From contig CBCPNB010000019.1 in the NCBI GenBank assembly GCA_965120455.1, positions 2,060 through 66,059 of the forward strand: DNA of 64,000 nt, read 5' to 3'. The notes beneath the pieces were generated by a model. That model did no database searches and was not told where the DNA came from. It saw only the letters and a list, made by a program, of their open reading frames with translations. This DNA comes from an uncultured Actinomycetaceae bacterium (lineage in GTDB: Bacteria > Actinomycetota > Actinomycetes > Actinomycetales > Actinomycetaceae). Shown one piece after another: positions 58,106 to 64,000 of the stretch. Position 1 is the stretch's first letter. Every line of letters begins with the position of its first letter. Both the position numbers and the translations under genes were made by a program.

Positions 58106-58642
58106 ATGTCTCGTATTGGTAAATTGCCGGTGGAGATTCCCTCTGGCGTTGAAGTTAGTGTCGATGGGCAAAACGTCAGCGTGAAAGGTCCAAAAGGGCA
58201 GCTGAGTTTAGAGTTGTCTCGGCCGATTAGCGCCCGGGTTGAGGAAAACCAGGTGCTGGTTTCTCGACCCAACGATGAGCGTCTATCTAAGTCTTTGCAC
58301 GGTTTGTCGCGCACATTGATCGCCAACATGATCGAAGGAGTCACCAAGGGCTTCAGCAAGCAGCTCGAAATTGTCGGTACCGGTTACCGCGCTACCGCTA
58401 AAGGTAAAAGCATCGAGTTGGCTCTCGGCTTCTCCCACACTGTGACCGTGAATCCACCTGAGGGAATTGAATTTACGGTTCCTGCACAGGACAAGATCAC
58501 GGTTTCGGGGATCGACAAGCAGCTAGTTGGTGAAACAGCCGCGAATATTCGTAAGCTGCGCAAACCTGAACCCTATAAGGGTAAGGGGATTCGCTACGCT
58601 GGCGAGGTGGTTCGCCGCAAGGTTGGAAAGGCAGGTAAGTGA
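58106..58642 (+). CDS. rplF: 50S ribosomal protein L6
   Basis: [31 protein letters not shown]. Confidence 0.97.
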   Translation: MSRIGKLPVEIPSGVEVSVDGQNVSVKGPKGQLSLELSRPISARVEENQVLVSRPNDERLSKSLHGLSRTLIANMIEGVTKGFSKQLEIVGTGYRATAKGKSIELALGFSHTVTVNPPEGIEFTVPAQDKITVSGIDKQLVGETAANIRKLRKPEPYKGKGIRYAGEVVRRKVGKAGK

Positions 58643-59013
58643 TGGCTTACGCAGTCAAAGGTAAGGGGAAGCGCATTGCGCGAATCCGCCGCCATCGTCG
58701 CCTGCGTAACAAAGTGTTTGGTTCACCCGAGCGTCCCCGTTTGGTAGTGACTCGCTCTAACCGGCACATGTTTGTCCAGGTGATTGACGACAATGCTGGC
58801 CATACTTTGGTGTCAGCTTCCACCATGGAAGCCGAATTGCGTGCCAGTGACGGCGATAAGACTGCTAAAGCTCGTCGAGTCGGGGAGTTAATTGCCGAAC
58901 GTGCAAAAGCCGCAGGCATCGAAAGCGTTGTGTTTGACCGTGGTGGCAACAAGTATCACGGTCGCGTAGCGGCGGTAGCGGAGGGTGCCCGCGAGGGTGG
59001 CCTGAAATTGTAA
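58642..59013 (+). CDS. rplR: 50S ribosomal protein L18
   Basis: [35 protein letters not shown]. Confidence 0.97.
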   Translation: MAYAVKGKGKRIARIRRHRRLRNKVFGSPERPRLVVTRSNRHMFVQVIDDNAGHTLVSASTMEAELRASDGDKTAKARRVGELIAERAKAAGIESVVFDRGGNKYHGRVAAVAEGAREGGLKL

Positions 59014-59041
59014 TTGGCGACTAGGAAAGAGAGAGAAACTG

Positions 59042-59740
59042 ATGGCTGCAGCGCAGCGAAGCAGAAACGGTCAGGACTCCTCTGAGCGTTCCACGCGCGA
59101 AGAGCGTGGCGGGAAGCGTCAGGGTCGTCAATCAGACCGTCGCGACAATCGTCGCAATGAAGACAGAAACCAGTACATTGAGCGGGTAGTGACTATCAAC
59201 CGCGTCTCCAAAGTGGTAAAGGGTGGTCGACGCTTCTCCTTCACGGCTCTAGTAGTTGTTGGTGACGGCGAAGGTACTGTTGGCGTTGGTTATGGCAAAG
59301 CCAAAGAGGTACCGGCTGCAATCGCCAAAGGCGTTGAGGAAGCTAAGAAAAACTTTTTCCGCGTCCCCATGATTCGCCGCTCCATTCCTCACGTCATTCA
59401 AGGTGAAGATGGTGCAGGCGTGGTATTGTTGCGCCCAGCTGCACCGGGTACGGGAGTAATCGCCGGCGGTCCAGTGCGGGCCGTGATGGAGTGCGCAGGC
59501 ATTCACGACATTTTGTCGAAGTCACTGGGTTCTTCCAACGCTATCAACATTGTTCACGCCACAGTGGCGGGTCTTCGACAACTCGAAGAGCCCGAGGATG
59601 TGGCTGCTCGACGAGGCTTACCTTTAGAGCGGGTGGCTTCTACCGCTATGCTTCAAGCTCGTGCTGAGGGAGAAGCGGAAAAGCGGGCGGCGGCCAACAA
59701 AGATGAGGCTGAAAAGGCTGCGGCGGGGGTGAGCGCTTGA
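59042..59740 (+). CDS. rpsE: 30S ribosomal protein S5 (with basic N-terminal and Ala/Glu-rich C-terminal extensions)
   Basis: [42 protein letters not shown]. Confidence 0.97.
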   Translation: MAAAQRSRNGQDSSERSTREERGGKRQGRQSDRRDNRRNEDRNQYIERVVTINRVSKVVKGGRRFSFTALVVVGDGEGTVGVGYGKAKEVPAAIAKGVEEAKKNFFRVPMIRRSIPHVIQGEDGAGVVLLRPAAPGTGVIAGGPVRAVMECAGIHDILSKSLGSSNAINIVHATVAGLRQLEEPEDVAARRGLPLERVASTAMLQARAEGEAEKRAAANKDEAEKAAAGVSA

Positions 59741-59922
59741 TGGCTAACTTAAAGATCACGCTCAAGAAGTCATTGATTTCTGAAAAGCCCAAAGCTCGAG
59801 GAACTATCCAGACTTTGGGGTTGCACAAAATCGGCCAGAGTGTAATTCGCGAGGATCGCCCAGAAGTTCGCGGTGCGGTTCGGAAAGTAGCTCACCTGGT
59901 CACAGTCGAGGAGGTCGACTGA
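59740..59922 (+). CDS. rpmD: 50S ribosomal protein L30
   Basis: [28 protein letters not shown]. Confidence 0.96.
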   Translation: MANLKITLKKSLISEKPKARGTIQTLGLHKIGQSVIREDRPEVRGAVRKVAHLVTVEEVD

Positions 59923-59924
59923 CA

Positions 59925-60401
59925 ATGGCTAACCAGGAAAATTTGCATCCAGAGTCCGGCGAAGTTTTGCGGGTTCACCATTTGCGTCCAGCTCCCGGAG
60001 CTAAGAAAGCCAAGACTCGCGTGGGTCGCGGTGAAGGCTCCAAAGGTAAGACAGCTGGTCGGGGTACCAAAGGAACAAAAGCTCGCTACCAGGTTCGTCC
60101 CGGGTTTGAGGGCGGCCAGATGCCAATGCACATGCGTTTGCCCAAGCTGCGGGGTTTCAAAAACCCATTCCGGGTGGAGTACCAGGTAGTAAACTTGGAT
60201 AAACTCCAGGAATTGTACCCGCAGGGTGGTCAGGTTACGGTAGAGGACTTGGTGGCAAAGCGCGTGGTGCGCAAGAATCAGTTGGTGAAGATCCTGGGCC
60301 AAGGTGAGGTAACTGTAGCGCTAGATATTGTTGCCGACAAGTGGTCTGGTTCTGCGGAAGAAAAGATTAAGGCAGCCGGCGGCTCGCTGACTGCTCGTTA
60401 A
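59925..60401 (+). CDS. rplO: 50S ribosomal protein L15
   Basis: [18 protein letters not shown]...[13 protein letters not shown]. Confidence 0.97.
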   Translation: MANQENLHPESGEVLRVHHLRPAPGAKKAKTRVGRGEGSKGKTAGRGTKGTKARYQVRPGFEGGQMPMHMRLPKLRGFKNPFRVEYQVVNLDKLQELYPQGGQVTVEDLVAKRVVRKNQLVKILGQGEVTVALDIVADKWSGSAEEKIKAAGGSLTAR

Positions 60402-60414
60402 ACATGAGTACTGG

Positions 60415-60460
60415 AGGGTGGGGTTGGTCAAGCTTTTGCTTGACTCCCCACCCTTTGTCC
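60415..60460 (+). terminator. Strong stem-loop after rplO (possible intrinsic terminator or attenuator before secY)
   Basis: AGGGTGGGG (60415-60423) pairs with CCCCACCCT (60446-60454). An inner stem GGTCAAGC/GCTTGAC surrounds a TTTT loop. It is followed by TTGTCCGTGTTT. Confidence 0.6.
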
Positions 60461-60558
60461 GTGTTTAGCCTAGGATAGCGGTGGATTGAAAATCGTTTGG
60501 GTTCGCGAAAATTCTTCGCAAACCTCCAGACCCTGAACTAGTCAAGTTAGGGGGAAGT

Positions 60559-61851
60559 GTGCTACGCGCTTTCGGACAGGCATTTCGGGCTCCCGATTTG
60601 CGTCGAAAAATCTTGTTTACTGTGTTGGTCATGGTTCTATATCGGATTGGAACCTATATTCCCACTCCGGGTGTTTCCACTACCAACATCAACGAGTGTA
60701 TCGGGCTCCAGGAAAGTTCCAGCCTCTTGAACATGGTTGACATGTTCTCAGGTGGGGCTTTGCTACAGATGTCAATTTTTGCACTAGGAATCATGCCCTA
60801 CATTACGGCATCGATTATCATCCAGATTTTGCGTGTAGCAGTTCCCCGATTTGAGGATCTGCACAAGGAAGGTCAAACCGGTCAGGCAAAATTGACGCAA
60901 TACACCAGGTATTTGACGATTTTCCTGGCTGTTCTCCAATCCACCACCATGATCGCGATGGCCGCCTCGGGACAGCTGTACCCGAGTTGTTCGCTGTCAG
61001 TAATTCCCGATGGCTCTTGGTCGCTCTACGTGTTCATGGTCGTGGTAATGACTGCAGGTACTACCGTGATCATGTGGTTTGGTGAGCTGATCACTGAACG
61101 CGGTGTGGGTAACGGCATGTCGCTGCTGATTTTTGCCTCAATCGTGGCGCAGCTGCCTTCTCAGTTGTGGTCGATTGGCCGCACCAATGGTTGGTCCACG
61201 GTCGGCATCATTGCTTTGTTGATTCTGTTGGTGACAATCGGAGTGGTATATATCGAACAGTCACAGCGGCGTATCCCCGTGCAATACGCCAAACGGATGA
61301 TTGGACGGCGCACGTATGGGGGTACGACCACCTATATTCCGCTGAAAATCAACATGGCGGGTGTGATCCCCGTGATCTTCTCGACTTCAATTTTGTCTTT
61401 GCCAGCCCTGGTAGCGCAATTTGCCGACCAAGACTCCACTTGGGTGACGTGGATTTATAACAACCTTTCCTCCAGCTCCCTGTGGTACAATCTGGTCAAT
61501 GCGGTTTTGATTTTGCTGTTCGTGTTCTTCTACATTTCCATCACTTTCAATCCCAATGAAGTGGCCGATAACATGAAGCGCTACGGTGGGTTCATTCCTG
61601 GCTATCGAGCCGGGCGGGACACGGCAAACTATTTGCGTTACGTGATGAACCGGATTACCACGGTTGGCGCCCTATATTTGGTGGTTATTGCTTTGTTGCC
61701 TTCCTTGGCCATGATTCCCTTGAATTTGTCTGTCTCCCAGATGCCCTTTGGTGGAACTACTTTGCTGATTATGGTGGGCGTGGGTTTGCAAACAGTCAAG
61801 GAAGTGAATTCACAGTTGCAGCAACACCACTACGAAGGATTCTTGAAGTAG
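60559..61851 (+). CDS. secY: Preprotein translocase subunit SecY
   Basis: GTG start. DLRRKILFTVLVMVLYRIGTYIPTPGV and GIMPYITASIIIQIL are present, with 10 TM segments. Confidence 0.97.
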   Translation: MLRAFGQAFRAPDLRRKILFTVLVMVLYRIGTYIPTPGVSTTNINECIGLQESSSLLNMVDMFSGGALLQMSIFALGIMPYITASIIIQILRVAVPRFEDLHKEGQTGQAKLTQYTRYLTIFLAVLQSTTMIAMAASGQLYPSCSLSVIPDGSWSLYVFMVVVMTAGTTVIMWFGELITERGVGNGMSLLIFASIVAQLPSQLWSIGRTNGWSTVGIIALLILLVTIGVVYIEQSQRRIPVQYAKRMIGRRTYGGTTTYIPLKINMAGVIPVIFSTSILSLPALVAQFADQDSTWVTWIYNNLSSSSLWYNLVNAVLILLFVFFYISITFNPNEVADNMKRYGGFIPGYRAGRDTANYLRYVMNRITTVGALYLVVIALLPSLAMIPLNLSVSQMPFGGTTLLIMVGVGLQTVKEVNSQLQQHHYEGFLK

Positions 61852-61881
61852 GAAAGCTGGATTCTGGTAGAGGGGTAGACA

Positions 61882-62445
61882 ATGACAGCGATTATTTTGT
61901 TGGGTCCTCCGGGAGTTGGAAAAGGCACTCAGGCTGCGATTATTGCCGAGAAGCTAGGGATTTTACCTATTTCAACTGGAGATATTTTTCGGCGAAATAT
62001 TTCTGAGAACACGGAGTTAGGGCAGCGGGCGCAAGAGTATATGAATCGCGGTGAGTTCGTGCCCGACTCGGTGACAAACCCAATGGTGGAGGCTCGGATT
62101 GGTGAACCGGATGCGGCTGCTGGGTTCCTGCTGGATGGTTATCCGCGAACCCTAGAGCAAGTGCACGCACTCGAAGGGATGCTGAGTAAACGCGATCTGA
62201 AAATTGATGCGGTCCTGGAGCTAACTGCGCCAGATGAGGTATTGACTGAGCGGATGCTCAAGCGGGCTCAGGAGCAAAATCGCGCAGACGACAATCTCGA
62301 AGTATTTCAGCGTCGCATCGAAATCTACCACGAGCAAACTGCACCCTTGTCTAAGTATTATCGGGAGCGAGGCTTGCTGGTGCAAATTGACGGCCTGGGA
62401 ACAGTAGAAGTAGTGACTGCCGCAATTATGGCGGCACTGCAATGA
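61882..62445 (+). CDS. adk: Adenylate kinase
   Basis: The P-loop is GPPGVGKGTQA, and GFLLDGYPRT is present. The short lid has no zinc cysteines. Confidence 0.96.
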   Translation: MTAIILLGPPGVGKGTQAAIIAEKLGILPISTGDIFRRNISENTELGQRAQEYMNRGEFVPDSVTNPMVEARIGEPDAAAGFLLDGYPRTLEQVHALEGMLSKRDLKIDAVLELTAPDEVLTERMLKRAQEQNRADDNLEVFQRRIEIYHEQTAPLSKYYRERGLLVQIDGLGTVEVVTAAIMAALQ

Positions 62446-62486
62446 GCTACCTGCCAGTAGTTTACTTCTTCGGATAACCTTGATTA

Positions 62487-62526
62487 AATTGGGCTAGTTT
62501 CACGTAGAGCTAGCCCAATTTTCGTT
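62487..62526 (+). terminator. Intrinsic terminator after adk
   Basis: The 11-bp stem AATTGGGCTAG (62487-62497) pairs with CTAGCCCAATT (62510-62520). It is followed by TTCGTT. Confidence 0.65.
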
Positions 62527-62558
62527 GTAACTTGGAAAAACAAAACTTGGAAGAGTAA

Positions 62559-63353
62559 ATGAAATCAGCAAAACTGAAGACTCCAGAACAAATTGGATTC
62601 ATGCGTGAAGCTGGCAAAATTACTGCGGGAGCACTCCAAGCAGTGTGTGAGGCAGCGAAACCGGGGATCGCTCCTAAACAATTAGATGAACTGGCTTTCA
62701 CCTACATCAAAGATCACGGTGCTACTCCCAATTTTTTAGGTTATTGCGGTTATCCGGCCACTTTGTGTATTTCTGTCAATGACACTGTGGTGCATGGGAT
62801 TCCTGACGATACGCCTTTACAAGACGGCGATATTGTTTCTCTCGATGGTGGATGTTTACTCCAACGGGAGGGGCAGAATTGGCATTCTGATTCAGCCCGG
62901 TCCGTAATCATAGGGGATTTAGGCAAGGCTCCACTGGAGCGTGTGCAACTAAATAGTCTGACTGAAAAAGCCATGTGGGCCGGGATAGAAGAAATGGCTA
63001 CTGCCAAGAGAATCTCCTACATCGGGGAAGCTATTGAAAACTATGTTTTAGCTGCTAGCCGGTATTTTCAGTGGGAGCCCGGAATCGTAGAACAATTTGT
63101 GGGACATGGAATCGGCAACCGATTGCACGAAGACCCCGAGGTACACAATTTTGCTATCAAAGGCAGAACCGCCAAATTACAGGTAGGGATGGTTTTGTGT
63201 ATCGAACCCATTTTGACTGTGGGAGAGACAAAAACTAGAACTTCGGCAGATGGGTGGACGGAAAAAACGGTGAGCGGAAAAAGCGCTGCCCACTGGGAAC
63301 ACACTGTGGCTTTAGTGGCACCCGGACAAATCCAAGTATTGACTGCACCATAG
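62559..63353 (+). CDS. map: Type I methionine aminopeptidase
   Basis: Metal ligands lie in VHGIP, DIVSLDGG, GHGIG, CIEP and HWEHT. Confidence 0.95.
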   Translation: MKSAKLKTPEQIGFMREAGKITAGALQAVCEAAKPGIAPKQLDELAFTYIKDHGATPNFLGYCGYPATLCISVNDTVVHGIPDDTPLQDGDIVSLDGGCLLQREGQNWHSDSARSVIIGDLGKAPLERVQLNSLTEKAMWAGIEEMATAKRISYIGEAIENYVLAASRYFQWEPGIVEQFVGHGIGNRLHEDPEVHNFAIKGRTAKLQVGMVLCIEPILTVGETKTRTSADGWTEKTVSGKSAAHWEHTVALVAPGQIQVLTAP

Positions 63354-63531
63354 ATTCGCTTATAGCTTTACCCGGTATTGCCAAGACCGCATAGATTGAT
63401 TGACAAATAGACGTGAAATCGCTTACTTCAACGAAGTTACCACTGTTTAACTAGATATCGCGTACTATGCTTATGCCTCGGGCATACTTGCGTGCGCTCA
63501 AGTATTGGTTACCGTAAAGGCAAGCGGGGTA

Positions 63532-63753
63532 ATGGCGAAAAAAGACGGCGTGATTGAAGTCGAGGGAACGGTTGTAGAGGCTCTACCGAATGCGATGTTT
63601 CGGGTGGAGTTGGAGAATAAGCATCTGGTTTTGGCGCACATTTCCGGAAAAATGCGGCAACACTACATTCGGATCCTGCCTGACGATCGAGTGGTCGTCG
63701 AATTAAGTCCGTACGATTTAAATCGTGGACGAATCGTCTACCGCTACAAGTAA
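63532..63753 (+). CDS. infA: Translation initiation factor IF-1
   Basis: [73 protein letters not shown]. Confidence 0.97.
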   Translation: MAKKDGVIEVEGTVVEALPNAMFRVELENKHLVLAHISGKMRQHYIRILPDDRVVVELSPYDLNRGRIVYRYK

Positions 63754-63787
63754 TTTCTACAAGCTACCTTTGGTAGCGGGGGAAAAC

Positions 63788-63901
63788 ATGAAAGTCAAGC
63801 CAAGTGTCAAGAAGATCTGTGACAAGTGCAAGGTGATTCGTCGCCACGGCAGTGTCATGGTGATTTGCGAGAACCCTCGGCACAAGCAGCGTCAAGGGTA
63901 A
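63788..63901 (+). CDS. rpmJ: 50S ribosomal protein L36 (37 aa, zinc-binding type)
   Basis: It is below the ORF-track size cutoff. Manual translation gives [47 protein letters not shown] precedes the ATG. Confidence 0.93.
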   Translation: MKVKPSVKKICDKCKVIRRHGSVMVICENPRHKQRQG

Positions 63902-64000
63902 GCGCATAAGATCAGCGTTTTGTCGACCAAAATAGGAAAGCACATTCCGTCTCAATTTACAGGAGAAGGTGGCGAAACTATTTTGGACCCTCGGTACGGG

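Noticed and set aside
63969-64000. Possible gene start (AGGAGAAG then GTG, reading MAKLFWTLGT...) where rpsM is expected after rpmJ.
   Set aside because: Only 10 codons are visible, and they do not resemble the S13 N-terminus (MARxxGVDxP). This cannot be supported from the window.
1-64000. CRISPR arrays, rRNA genes, retrons, toxin-antitoxin pairs and known defence-system signatures.
   Set aside because: I found no regularly spaced direct repeats, no reverse transcriptase or Cas-like ORFs, and no small paired ORFs with TA-like features while reading both strands.

Overview
This is a 64-kb chromosomal segment from a mid-GC actinobacterium. The gene order looks like a small Actinomycetaceae-type genome, but that assignment is inference only. 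Most of the window is conserved housekeeping sequence in three blocks: (a) rimP-nusA-ylxR-infB-rbfA-truB-ribF-rpsO-pnp, followed by an M16 peptidase and RNase J; (b) the ftsK-pgsA-clgR-recA-recX-cinA-miaB-miaA-hflX-lexA-nrdR neighbourhood, with recognisable LexA boxes; (c) the S10/spc ribosomal-protein operons through secY-adk-map-infA-rpmJ. Accessory or unusual content is concentrated in five places. First, 1-3996 holds a truncated tyrosine integrase next to an orphan tRNA 3'-end fragment, orphan ORFs, tRNA-Asn and a winged-helix protein. Second, 3997-7340 encodes a 1093-aa thioester/ester-bond-type LAxTG adhesin whose membrane anchor sits out of frame just after a G4T4 tract. Third, 17183-17533 encodes a Cys/His-rich 116-aa ORF translationally coupled to ribF. 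Fourth, 35139-36710 is an AT-richer insert between miaB and miaA carrying a membrane-tethered XRE regulator. Fifth, 46977-50416 is a GtrB/GtrA/GT-C-like surface-glycosylation triad. I found no CRISPR array, rRNA, recognisable defence system or toxin-antitoxin pair. All functional calls rest on motifs read from the translations and on synteny; no database search was possible.
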